Positions 50,815 through 60,728 are shown, counted from the stretch's first letter. The stretch is DNA of 64,000 nucleotides from Bdellovibrionales bacterium (GCA_965262715.1 OZ253553.1:736001-800000); one strand, 5' to 3'. Notes: a model not told the origin generated them from the letters alone. Translations and numbers: made by a program.

Positions 50815-51813
50815 TTATAAGTCTCTAGAATCTAAGCAGACCTGTGTTAATCCACTTTCTATATTCTGCTGATGTGCTAATCCTCTAAGAACAAGCCCAT
50901 TACCTTCTTGCTTTAATATTTCTTGCACAACAAATTCATCTCGCTTCTGATCCATTGCAATAGTTTCTAAATTCAATTCATTTTCAAAATCAACAAGATC
51001 TGTGAGTTCTTTTCTGACCTCTGGGTTTTCTATCTTATTGATTGTAAGAAATTTTTCAAGCTCTTGAAGATCAATTAAAGCAGGGGTACCTTTTTCATCA
51101 TAAAAAGTATTAATAAGATTCTCAAAAGCAGATATTTGTTCATGTGTCATGTTTATATTTTTGTTTTTGTTTATACTAATTCTTTCTTCAGCTCGTCTTG
51201 CATGTAACTCAGATAACTCGAATGTTGCCTTATACAAAGCTTCATTTTCTAAAGGAATAACTCTTATTTTATCTGTATCCGTTATATCTAAGGTAATATC
51301 ATTTGGATATTCTGCTAGAAGTTTTACCTCAACAGGAAAAAGGCGATAGAGAAAATCATGACTGTTTTCTTGAGTCCAAAGGCCTGGAATATTATTCGAA
51401 ATTGCTTTTTTAGTTTCTCTATAAGATTCTATTTGTTGTTCAATTATCTGCATATCGGAAGGAGATTCAACTCCTATCCATTCTATTTCTTGAGAAGTTA
51501 ATAAGCGACTTATTTGTCGAAAATCAGATTTTTCAAAGTTAATCGTATCAGCATGCTCAATAAGGAATTGATGCACTAAAGCCAGCTTCTCACGCTGGTG
51601 AATGTCTGAAATTGAAATATTATAAAGGGTATTGTAAATGGATTGACCTCCATCGCTGAGATCTAAATGAAAGGTGAATAAAGTATAGATCTGTCTGCCA
51701 TTGATATCAGCCACTCTGATATCTCCAGAGTATGGACGGAACCAGCAGTGATAACCAAAAGCATTACTTGTAAAAAATATAAAAGTGAGGAATATAATAT
51801 AAAGATTTTTTAT
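50815..51813 (-). CDS. Secreted paralog 2 (ATA at the start-codon position)
   Basis: GGAGG RBS then ATA-AAA-AAT-CTT in frame, homologous to the MKKFY starts of its paralogs. Confidence 0.75.
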   Translation of the reverse strand: MKNLYIIFLTFIFFTSNAFGYHCWFRPYSGDIRVADINGRQIYTLFTFHLDLSDGGQSIYNTLYNISISDIHQREKLALVHQFLIEHADTINFEKSDFRQISRLLTSQEIEWIGVESPSDMQIIEQQIESYRETKKAISNNIPGLWTQENSHDFLYRLFPVEVKLLAEYPNDITLDITDTDKIRVIPLENEALYKATFELSELHARRAEERISINKNKNINMTHEQISAFENLINTFYDEKGTPALIDLQELEKFLTINKIENPEVRKELTDLVDFENELNLETIAMDQKRDEFVVQEILKQEGNGLVLRGLAHQQNIESGLTQVCLDSRDL

Positions 51814-52011
51814 ACTAAAAGTACCTCCAAAAAATGTCTAAGTTCCTTAAAATAATAGAGGTATGTCTACTATATCTCTTAGGTATTGTCAATACAAATA
51901 TAATGAAATAATTTACAAGCTCCAAACAAACAGATTGCCAGATTTCCGGTCTCCCGGGATCCCGGAATACCGGAAGATGGCTAGATCTAGATAATGTAAC
52001 TTAAGATAAAT

Positions 52012-53335
52012 GGTGGATTCAAGTTGTAAGTGCAACTCCTTGCATAGTTGTTTAAAGCGGGTTAGAGGAATACTCTAGTCCATACGCTTTAAACACAGAA
52101 AGGAGTATTCCATGAGCTACACTCATCTAACCCAAGTTGAGAGATACCAGATTTTAGTTCTTTTGCAAAGTGGAAAATCAATAAGTTCAATTGCTACTCA
52201 GCTAGGTCGAGATAAAAGCACCATATATAGGGAATTGAATCGTAACAAAGGTTTGCGAGGTTATCGCCATCAACAAGCCCATGAAAAAGCGGTTTATCGT
52301 CTTCAAAACTCTCATAGACATATAAAGATAACACAAAAAGTCATTAATAAGCTTGAGAGGTTTCTTCGTGATCGTTTGAGTCCGGAACAGATATCCGGTT
52401 TTCTTAAACGAAAAGGTTTGTCTATAAGTCATGAGAGTATTTATCAGCATATTCTTGGAGATAAGCAATCAGGAGGAGATCTCTACAAATTTTTAAGATG
52501 TCAGAGGCAACGGAAGAAGCGATATGGTACAAGTAGATTTGATAAAAGGGGTCAGATAAAGAATAGAGTGAGCATTGATAAAAGGCCTAAGATAGTAGAT
52601 AAGAAGAGTCGGATAGGAGACTGGGAAGGTGATCTAATGATAGGTAGACATCATAAAGGAGCTTTAGTCACGCTGGTAGATAGATGCTCTAAGAAGACGA
52701 GGATCGTCAAAATAGAATCTAAGAGATCTGAAGCCGTTTTTCATGCTATTTCTAAAGCTCTTAAAGGAGAGATTGTTCATACGATCACATTAGACAATGG
52801 TAAAGAGCTTTCGTGTCATGAGAAGATCAGTGAATATACCGGATGTAAAGTTTATTTTGCACATCCTTACAATTCTTATGAGTGAGGTTTAAATGAGAAC
52901 ACAAATGGTTTAATCCGTCAGTATTTTCCAAAGAAGACAGATTTCAGAAAGATCACTCAAAAGGATGTAAAAAGAGTTGAAGTTCTTTTAAACCATCGTC
53001 CTCGAAAGAGTTTAGGATTTCTAAGTCCTAATGAGTTTCATAGACAGAAGATGGTTTGCTGAAGTCATTATTAATTCAATGTTATTTAATCCTATATAAC
53101 AGTTTTTAGTAAGTAAAGCTTGATGTTTATGGCAAAGGATCGTTCTTCCGCAGAGCTTTAGCTCGAGGACTACGAGACTTTGCCATAAATATCAAAATAC
53201 ATTCATTCAAATTAAATAATTTACAATAATCTTTTATGATAATTAAAACTTTGTTGGAATATTAATCCTAAAATGATACAACTTTTAAAAATATCTATAA
53301 ACACAAAAGAGTTGCACTTACGATTTGAAGTTACA
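52012..53335 (+). mobile_element. IS30-family insertion sequence
   Basis: 27-bp imperfect IRs (…TTCAAGTTGTAAGTGCAACTC); 3-bp AAT duplication at 52009-52011 and 53336-53338. Confidence 0.9.
52112..53062 (+). pseudogene. IS30 transposase with a nonsense codon at 52883
   Basis: GDWEGD, ITLDNGKE, SYE*GLNENTNGLIRQYFPK continuing to TGA at 53062. Confidence 0.92.
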
Positions 53336-53385
53336 AATGAATAAACAATAGACTTCTTAAAATTATAAAGATTACGTAGGATGAA

Positions 53386-54321
53386 TTATAAATTTCTAAT
53401 ATCTAAGCAGGCCTGTGTTAATCCGCCTTCTACATTTTCTTGATGTGTCGAGCCTCTAAGAACAAGCCCATTACCTTCTTGCTTCAATATTTCTTGCACA
53501 ACAAATTCATCTCTCTTCTGATCAATTATGATCTTTTCGTTCAATGAATCAACAGCAACTCTGATTTTTTCTATTAGCTCTGGGTTTTCTATTCTATGGG
53601 TTTTAAAAAACTCTTCAAGAAGTAGAGACTCTACTAGATCAAATGGCATATGATCGTTGAAAAGAAAAGTATTAAGAGCATTCTGTTGTTCAACTGTTAT
53701 GTGAGTATCATAAAGAACCTCATCGAACCTTTGATTGAAAATTATTGTTAATTCCACTCTCCTCATGCCTAGATTTTGATCTTCCAAAGGAATAACTTTT
53801 ATTCCGTTTGCCCCATCTAGAACAATATCATTTGGATATTCTGTTAGAAGTCTTATCCAAACAGAGTGAAGAAGATAAAGCAAATCATCAGTTGTTTCCT
53901 GGTTCCAAGGACCAACTGAATTAAATGATTCTTTGGCAGTTTGATAATTTTGTGCTTTTTGTTCAGTCGCCTGTATGCCCTTAGGATTAGATTCAACCCC
54001 TATCCAGTCTATTTCTTGAGAAGTTAATAGTGAGGTTATTTGCTGAAATTCAGACCTTTCAAAGTCAATTGTATCCTTGTTTTTATCAAGAAACCTATAC
54101 AGCACAATTAACCCTTCATTAGGATCAATATCTAAATTCAAAATATTGTTAAGTTCTTCAGGTTCGTTAACTAAATGAGGGGTGAATAAAGTATAAACTT
54201 GTCTGCCATTGATGTCAGCTACTCTGATATCTCCAGAATATGGGAGGAACCAGCAGTGATAACTAAATGCATTGCTGGTAAAAAACACAAGAGTGAGGAA
54301 CATAGTGTAGAAATTGTTCAT
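53386..54321 (-). CDS. Secreted paralog 3 (TraB/TIKI/ChaN-like)
   Basis: LFTPH, WIGVE, KRDEF, LVLRGSTH. Confidence 0.85.
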   Translation of the reverse strand: MNNFYTMFLTLVFFTSNAFSYHCWFLPYSGDIRVADINGRQVYTLFTPHLVNEPEELNNILNLDIDPNEGLIVLYRFLDKNKDTIDFERSEFQQITSLLTSQEIDWIGVESNPKGIQATEQKAQNYQTAKESFNSVGPWNQETTDDLLYLLHSVWIRLLTEYPNDIVLDGANGIKVIPLEDQNLGMRRVELTIIFNQRFDEVLYDTHITVEQQNALNTFLFNDHMPFDLVESLLLEEFFKTHRIENPELIEKIRVAVDSLNEKIIIDQKRDEFVVQEILKQEGNGLVLRGSTHQENVEGGLTQACLDIRNL

Positions 54322-54434
54322 GTCAAAATATCTCTGGAAAGCTCCTAAACCTCTTCTTAGTATATTTATATCTTTTAAAACTTGTAAATACGGTCATAAT
54401 AAAATTAAGAGGTTTTTATAGAAAAAATGCTTTT

Positions 54435-55361
54435 CTAAAGGTTTTTAGAATTTAAACAGACCTGTGTTAGTCCACTTTCCACATTCTGTTGATGTGCCGA
54501 TCCTCTAAGGACAATTCCATTGCCTTCTTGCCTTAATATTTTTTGCACAACAAACTCATCTCGCTCTTGATGAGCTGTAATAGTCTCATTGAGTAAGTCG
54601 ATATAAGTTCTGATTTTGTTTCTGGTCTCTGGGTCTTCTATTCCATGAGTTTTAAAAAAATCCTCAGTATCTGAAGAATCAATTAAAATAGATGTATCTG
54701 ATATAGGATTAGAAAGAAAATCAACAAGGGCAGAGGTCTGCGGGCCTGTTAGATTAATATTATCATGAATAAATTTTATACTTAGTTGTGCAATCATTGT
54801 TAATGTCCCAGCTCTTGTATACAAAGTTTCATTTTCTAGAGGAATAATTCTTATTCTTCGATTCAGAACAGCATCACTTAAATGTTCTGTTAGAAATCTT
54901 AACCAAAAAGGGTAAAGAAGATAAAGCAGATCATCAGTCTTCTCTGGATTCCATAGGCCATTGCTTATTTGGTTAAATGATTCTTTAGTATTTTGATAAG
55001 ATTGCACTACTCGTTCAATTGTTTGTAGATTGGGATAATATTCAACTCCTACCCAGTCTATTTCTTGAGAAGTCAACAGTGAGGTGATTTGTTGAAAGTC
55101 GGATCTTTCAGAGTTAATTCTGCTAGAATAGTTATCCATAAATCTATTTGTTTTTTCAATGATGTCAGTACCTGAGTTTAAAATATCTTGAAATTCATCA
55201 GCTTTCCCCTTTGAGTGGGAGCCAAATAAAATGTAAATTTGTCTGCCATTGATATCAACCATTTTGATATCTTCAGAATACGAAAGGAACTGACAGTAAT
55301 AGCCAGAGGCATTGCTGGTAAGAAACATAAGAGTGAGGAACATAGTATAGAAATTGTTCAT
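54435..55361 (-). CDS. Secreted paralog 4
   Basis: Start MNNFY at 55361; LFGSH, WVGVE, ERDEF, IVLRGSAH. Confidence 0.85.
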   Translation of the reverse strand: MNNFYTMFLTLMFLTSNASGYYCQFLSYSEDIKMVDINGRQIYILFGSHSKGKADEFQDILNSGTDIIEKTNRFMDNYSSRINSERSDFQQITSLLTSQEIDWVGVEYYPNLQTIERVVQSYQNTKESFNQISNGLWNPEKTDDLLYLLYPFWLRFLTEHLSDAVLNRRIRIIPLENETLYTRAGTLTMIAQLSIKFIHDNINLTGPQTSALVDFLSNPISDTSILIDSSDTEDFFKTHGIEDPETRNKIRTYIDLLNETITAHQERDEFVVQKILRQEGNGIVLRGSAHQQNVESGLTQVCLNSKNL

Positions 55362-55639
55362 GTCAAAATGTCTCTGGAAAGTTCCTAAACCTTCTCCTAG
55401 TATATCTAGATGTTTTAGAGCTTGTAAACACAAATATGATGAAATAAGAGTTTTTATAGAAAAAATGATTTTTTCTATAGAACCGGAAAAATAAAAACTT
55501 AATAAACATTGTCAGAGATTCATAACTTTATCTAACATACAATGCATATCAGTGTTCATCTTCGTCTATAAACCTTTGTGCCTATTACCTCTAATTTCTT
55601 GTATAAAAGGGTTATCTTCCAAGATGAGCCTGCTTTTTT

Positions 55640-55814
55640 TTCACTAAAATGCATCTGACGTCTCGAGGTGAGCCTCTCGAGGTGAGCCTCTGGTCACTTT
55701 CTGGCAGTAAGTCCGACGGTTCTTACGGCCGTCGGCAAATAGCTTACTGCCTAGGAAGGCTAATGCATTTTAGTAGGGAGGATATTCTTGTATCTTAACA
55801 CAATATTAGGGAAA
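55640..55814 (-). repeat. Family-1 element with two 14-bp inserts in P3
   Basis: P1 ACTAAAATGCAT/ATGCATTTTAGT; GGCAGTAAG/CTTACTGCC; CCGACGG..GTAA..CCGTCGG. Confidence 0.85.
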
Positions 55815-55937
55815 GTGTAGATATTGAGACATAGGTAACAGGTAGGTTAAATTTATAAATATAGGATATAGTTTATTTTTTATTGAAAGTTTTTCAAGTA
55901 GGAATGAACTTACTTGTACTTGTAAAGGTGTTTTGGT

Positions 55938-56885
55938 ATGAAAAAATTTTATATTATATTCTTCACCTTTGTGTTTTTCACAGGCAATGCCTTTGGTTAT
56001 CATTGTTGGTTCCGCCCATATTCTGGAGATATTAGAGTTGCTGGTATTAATGGCAGACTAATCTATACTTTATTCACTTTTCACCTATCTAATGAATACA
56101 AAGATTTTTACAATACTTTAAACTTAGACATTTCTATAACCGATAAGATAGCTCTATGGCATGATTTTCTTAATAAACATGCTGATACAATTAACTCTGA
56201 AAGCTCTGATTTCCTACAAATAAGCTCACTGTTAGCATCTGAAAAAATCGATTGGATTGGAATTGAACATTTCTCTGACACACAGGAACTTAAAAATCAA
56301 GTGCAACGGTATCGATTAGATAAAGAAGGGTTCGATTCATATAGTGATATCTCAATATTTTGGAATGAAGAAAATACTGATGATTTGCTCTATCTTCTTC
56401 ACCCTGTTGAGATAAAACTTCTAGCAGAATATCCAAATAATATCACTCTTGATCGAACAGATAAAATAAGAATCATTCCTCTAGAAAATAGAGACTTACA
56501 ACTGAGATCAAGTGAATTAATAGTAGACTTAATGCAAAAAATTGAAGAGATGTCGGATACGGGTCACATAACAGATGAACAAGAAGTTGCTTTTATTGAT
56601 CTTGTCTTTGATGATGAAAAAAATCCCTCCAGTTTAATTGATTCTCAAGATGTTGAAGAATTTTTTACAAACTTTAGAATAGAAGATTCAGAGATTATAA
56701 CAAAGCTTAGAGAGTTTATTGATTTGCAAAATGCATTTGCTATAACTCATCAAGAGCGAGATGACTTTGCTGTTCAATCTATACTAAACCAAAAAGGTAA
56801 TGGAATTGTTCTTAGAGGTATAAGTCATAAAGAAAGTGTAGAAAATGGATTAACACAGGTCTGTGTAGATTCTGGAAGTTTATAA
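55938..56885 (+). CDS. Secreted paralog 5 (inverted orientation)
   Basis: LFTFH, WIGIE, ERDDF, IVLRGISH. Confidence 0.85.
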   Translation: MKKFYIIFFTFVFFTGNAFGYHCWFRPYSGDIRVAGINGRLIYTLFTFHLSNEYKDFYNTLNLDISITDKIALWHDFLNKHADTINSESSDFLQISSLLASEKIDWIGIEHFSDTQELKNQVQRYRLDKEGFDSYSDISIFWNEENTDDLLYLLHPVEIKLLAEYPNNITLDRTDKIRIIPLENRDLQLRSSELIVDLMQKIEEMSDTGHITDEQEVAFIDLVFDDEKNPSSLIDSQDVEEFFTNFRIEDSEIITKLREFIDLQNAFAITHQERDDFAVQSILNQKGNGIVLRGISHKESVENGLTQVCVDSGSL

Positions 56886-56994
56886 GCTATTCCTTATAAA
56901 CTCTCAACATTCATAGAACATCTATGAAGCCATCTCAAAAATGCTACTAGAGATAACAGTTTTAGAAAAAACACCAGTTTTGCATTATACAAAC

Positions 56995-57149
56995 TCACTC
57001 AAAATAAACCAGCCTCTCGAGGCTAGCCTCTGGCTGTTTTTGGGCAATCAGCGTGACGGTTAACACCATCAACAAAATGCTGATTGTCTCAAAAACCCGT
57101 TTATTTTAGTAGGGAGGATCTCTTCGTTCTTTTACATCATATTAAGGAA
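56995..57149 (-). repeat. Family-1 element with one 14-bp insert
   Basis: Reverse strand GACAATCAGC/GCTGATTGCC, AAAATAAAC/GTTTATTTT. Confidence 0.85.
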
Positions 57150-57422
57150 AATTTCCTTCATTCTGTTTTACTCAAAATGAATAGCCTTTCTAGGCAATGG
57201 TCTAATGGCAAGAATAAACTGTAACCTATGTCTCAATATGTAACAGATCCCAGAAAAAAGAATGCTTAACTAGATTATGAGCCCTTATTATGAATATTCC
57301 ATGTTATAAGGTGACAGCCGGTTGCCTTTTGTTATAAGAGTATGGCGTATATTTTGTAAATTTTACATTTGATTTTATACGAGCTTTTGTTGCATCAATA
57401 TTAGTAGGTATATAGAGGTTAG

Positions 57423-57576
57423 AGAGTTATGGCAGGCTTCTGGAATAGGCCTAGGCCAGTGCCTCAGGAGATAAAGATTTTATAAAATACTTTATTCTAT
57501 AATAGGTTTTTAAAATAATAGAAATAAAAGGCGCGGGGGATGCCTGCCGCCTATGGAAGAAGCCTGCCATAACTCT
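57423..57576 (-). repeat. Family-2 long hairpin element
   Basis: 19-bp arms AGAGTTATGGCAGGCTTCT; core inverted relative to 26435. Confidence 0.9.
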
Positions 57577-57667
57577 TTTATAATGTTTATGCCACAAGGC
57601 CATTTTATACATGTAATTTTTACAAGATGCTCTTATTTAAGTAAAATATAAAGTATTTGGATTTTTT

Positions 57668-59053
57668 ATGAAATTACCTTCACCTCCACATAATGTAGAA
57701 GCTGAAATGTCTGTACTGGGCGGCTTGATGCTAGATCCTAAAACTATGGACCATATAGAAGGCTTTTTAACTGCTGAAGACTTTTATATGCCAGCGCACA
57801 TCAAGATATTTGAGACAATAGAGCAGCTTTATAAAAGTAGACAACCATTTGATATTGTTATGGTATCAAATCATCTCTCAGATCGTGGAGAATTTGAATC
57901 CATAGGAGGTGCCAATGCTTTAACAGAACTTTATGAAAACACCTTTTCAACAGCTAATATTGAATCTTATGCGCGAGTTGTTAAAGATAAATCTCAACTC
58001 AGAAAAGTGATCACAATTTTAAATAACCTTTCTACAGAAGCTTATGAGCCCACAAAACATGAATCTGTAACTGACTTTATGCGTTATGTTGAGTCTTCTA
58101 TTTATGCTTTAGCGGATGAAAAAAATGTATCAGGTTTGCTATCTGCAACTGATGTTATCAAAAGCAGTATGGAGCGATTAGAAAAGCTATCTAGACAGCA
58201 AACAGAAGTTACGGGTATACCCACAGGTTTTGTGGATTTGGATAAAATGACAGCAGGTTTTCAACCACAAGAGCTTTTAATTTTAGCAGCTCGTCCTTCT
58301 ATGGGTAAAACAGCTTTAAGTTTAAACATTGCAGTTAACTCCGCGTTAAGAGCTGGTAAGAAGGTGGCTTATTTCTCTTTGGAGATGTCTAAGGAGCAAT
58401 TGATGTTACGTATTTTAGCATCAGAAGCTCAGGTGGATTTATCTAAATTACGTGTAGGTAAAATTCCAGATAAGGCATGGTCTCAACTTATTTCTACAGC
58501 AGCAGCTATTTCAGAGTCTGATCTTTACATTGATGATACTTCTGGTGTTAGTCCTTTTGAAATTCTAGCAAAGAGCCGAAGGCTTAAAAATCAAAAAGGC
58601 TTAGACCTTATCATTGTAGATTATTTACAGCTTATGGATTTAAAACAAAAAGTAGAGAGTCGAGAAAGAGCTGTTTCCGAAATTTCAAAGACGTTAAAAA
58701 AAGTAGCAAAAGAACTTAAGGTTTCTATATTAGCGTTAGCTCAGCTTAACCGTTCTGTTGAATCGCGCACTGATAGAAGGCCTATCCTTTCTGATTTAAG
58801 AGAATCTGGTTCTCTTGAACAAGATGCTGATGTAATAATGATGATTTATCGAGAAGATTATTACCAACCTCAATCTGAAGATAAAGGAATAGCAGAAATT
58901 ATTATGGCCAAGCAAAGAAATGGACCTGTAGGTATCATTAAGCTAGCATGGAAACCTCAATCTGGTATTTTTATGAATTTAGCTCCTGCAAGTTTGACTG
59001 GACCTAACCCTTCTGATGTATTGTCAGGACTAGAGCCTCTCAATTTTCTTTAA
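57668..59053 (+). CDS. dnaB: Replicative DNA helicase
   Basis: PPHN.EAE, AARPSMGKT, DYLQLM, DLRESGSLEQDAD, KQRNGP. Confidence 0.97.
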   Translation: MKLPSPPHNVEAEMSVLGGLMLDPKTMDHIEGFLTAEDFYMPAHIKIFETIEQLYKSRQPFDIVMVSNHLSDRGEFESIGGANALTELYENTFSTANIESYARVVKDKSQLRKVITILNNLSTEAYEPTKHESVTDFMRYVESSIYALADEKNVSGLLSATDVIKSSMERLEKLSRQQTEVTGIPTGFVDLDKMTAGFQPQELLILAARPSMGKTALSLNIAVNSALRAGKKVAYFSLEMSKEQLMLRILASEAQVDLSKLRVGKIPDKAWSQLISTAAAISESDLYIDDTSGVSPFEILAKSRRLKNQKGLDLIIVDYLQLMDLKQKVESRERAVSEISKTLKKVAKELKVSILALAQLNRSVESRTDRRPILSDLRESGSLEQDADVIMMIYREDYYQPQSEDKGIAEIIMAKQRNGPVGIIKLAWKPQSGIFMNLAPASLTGPNPSDVLSGLEPLNFL

Positions 59054-59267
59054 AGATTATTTAAAAGCCATCTCAAAAACCGTGAATCTGTGAGTCTACC
59101 AGTCCCTGAGATAATGATGGTTTACTATTTTAACTTTTAACTCGCAAAAGCAAAATACAAAATGAGATAGTTTCTAATATAACCCAATTGCCATGACTTT
59201 ATTGAAGGCTATACTTCAATTATTTGTAAATAGATTCAAGATGATCTATTTTTTCTCTTAAAAATAT

Positions 59268-60695
59268 TTAAGTGTGAGGTGGCTCTTCTGCATGATTGCG
59301 GAGTAAAATATTTGCAATGAATATCAAAGCAATAGCTGTGAGGCCAAGTGCAGCAAAGTAAGGCCATGCATCTCCTACAGAGACTTGAGTAGATGGGGCC
59401 TTATTAATTTTCCAAAGTCCTTCTACTAAGTAAAATGGTAGAATGGAGATAATAGCACCAAGTTTCATTCTTTGTTCACCAATTGACATAATAGTTTTTT
59501 TTCCAAGTCTTTGCCTTACATTGTGGGGGAGAGTTGTGGAAGCTTCATGAATACGGCTTGCTGCATAACTTTTAAATAAGGGACGTAGTGCACCATATAG
59601 AGTGCGAGCAAAAAATATAGACAACCCTAAAGCAATAAGACGAAGAACTGTTGAGGGGATGAATAATGTAATAGGAATCAGAGCTGATACAAAAGCATAC
59701 TTTAAGGTCATATTACGGAGGTTATTGATGGAGTTTGTCGTTGGAATAGGCCGAATTAGAAAAGGTGCAATGAAGTGAATTTTGGAGCTCAAATAGAACA
59801 GGGAATTCCTGACAAAAGGTGTCTTGTAAGCTGCGCCTATTAAAGATGGTAGCCATAAACAACCAATAACAATGATTAGGGATTCAGCTTTTGGACCTTT
59901 GCTAAGAACATAATATGTTGGAATAAGTCCTTCCATAGTTTGCGCTAAGCCATAAACAATTGCTAAAACCCAAAAGACACGATTAACATCTGGCAATTCT
60001 TGTTGAAGTAATGGTTTTGCTTCTTTAACTAACTTCCAAAAGTCTTTATTTTTTAAATGATCTTTTTCTGTTATTTTGAGTTTATTATTTGTTGATTGTT
60101 CTGATTGAGACTCCTCTATTATTAAAAGGCAAATTGCAGATGCTATAAAAGCGCAAATACCAGAAATAATGAGACTGATTTCTTCGCTCAAGAGGAGTGA
60201 TACAATTCCTCCAAAAGTCAAGCTTATCCAAAAGAAGGTTTCTGAATATGTGAAAGCCGCGTCACTCTGTTCTTGATCAATGCATAAGCTGTGTAACCAA
60301 ATTTCAAAGTTTCCACTTAGAAGTGTAAATGCAGCTGCAAAGCTTACTAATAATATAATGCTTATTAAAAGGTATAATCCAAGGTCAGTGGGAGGAAAGT
60401 ATATCATGAAGACAGCTGTTCCAATTGAAAAGAAGCCTTTTAACATAAAACTACTAGCAAATGTGGACTTGGAACCCAATTGATCTGCTGCAGCGCCACC
60501 AAAAAGCTCTAAGGGATACTCAATAAGAAAAAGCAATCCTATCCATGTGAGTCCAATGAGCTTAGGATCAAGGTCAATGAAAAAAGATCCAGTTTGACCA
60601 AATATAGCAATATATACATTAATGTAAAGTCCAGTATGCAGGCCGAGAAAAAATTGAATAATATAGGCTAACAATCTAGCTTGTTTAAGTTTCAT
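59268..60695 (-). CDS. MFS-like transporter
   Basis: About 12 TM segments; E.P..LFGG..ADQLG.K. Confidence 0.7.
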   Translation of the reverse strand: MKLKQARLLAYIIQFFLGLHTGLYINVYIAIFGQTGSFFIDLDPKLIGLTWIGLLFLIEYPLELFGGAAADQLGSKSTFASSFMLKGFFSIGTAVFMIYFPPTDLGLYLLISIILLVSFAAAFTLLSGNFEIWLHSLCIDQEQSDAAFTYSETFFWISLTFGGIVSLLLSEEISLIISGICAFIASAICLLIIEESQSEQSTNNKLKITEKDHLKNKDFWKLVKEAKPLLQQELPDVNRVFWVLAIVYGLAQTMEGLIPTYYVLSKGPKAESLIIVIGCLWLPSLIGAAYKTPFVRNSLFYLSSKIHFIAPFLIRPIPTTNSINNLRNMTLKYAFVSALIPITLFIPSTVLRLIALGLSIFFARTLYGALRPLFKSYAASRIHEASTTLPHNVRQRLGKKTIMSIGEQRMKLGAIISILPFYLVEGLWKINKAPSTQVSVGDAWPYFAALGLTAIALIFIANILLRNHAEEPPHT

Positions 60696-60728
60696 ATTCT
60701 TTTCTCTTCACATGAAAATTTATAATTT

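Larger units (their letters stand above)
55816..57245 (+). mobile_element. Cassette bounded by IS481-type ends, carrying paralog 5
   Basis: TGTAGATATTGAGACATAGGTAACA … TGTAACCTATGTCTCAATATGTAACA, near-perfect IRs, no transposase inside. Confidence 0.7.

Noticed and set aside
37378..52885. UGA recoding (alternative genetic code)
   Set aside because: The two internal TGAs replace different residues (Trp and Arg), and TGA is a normal stop in ATGA-coupled core genes
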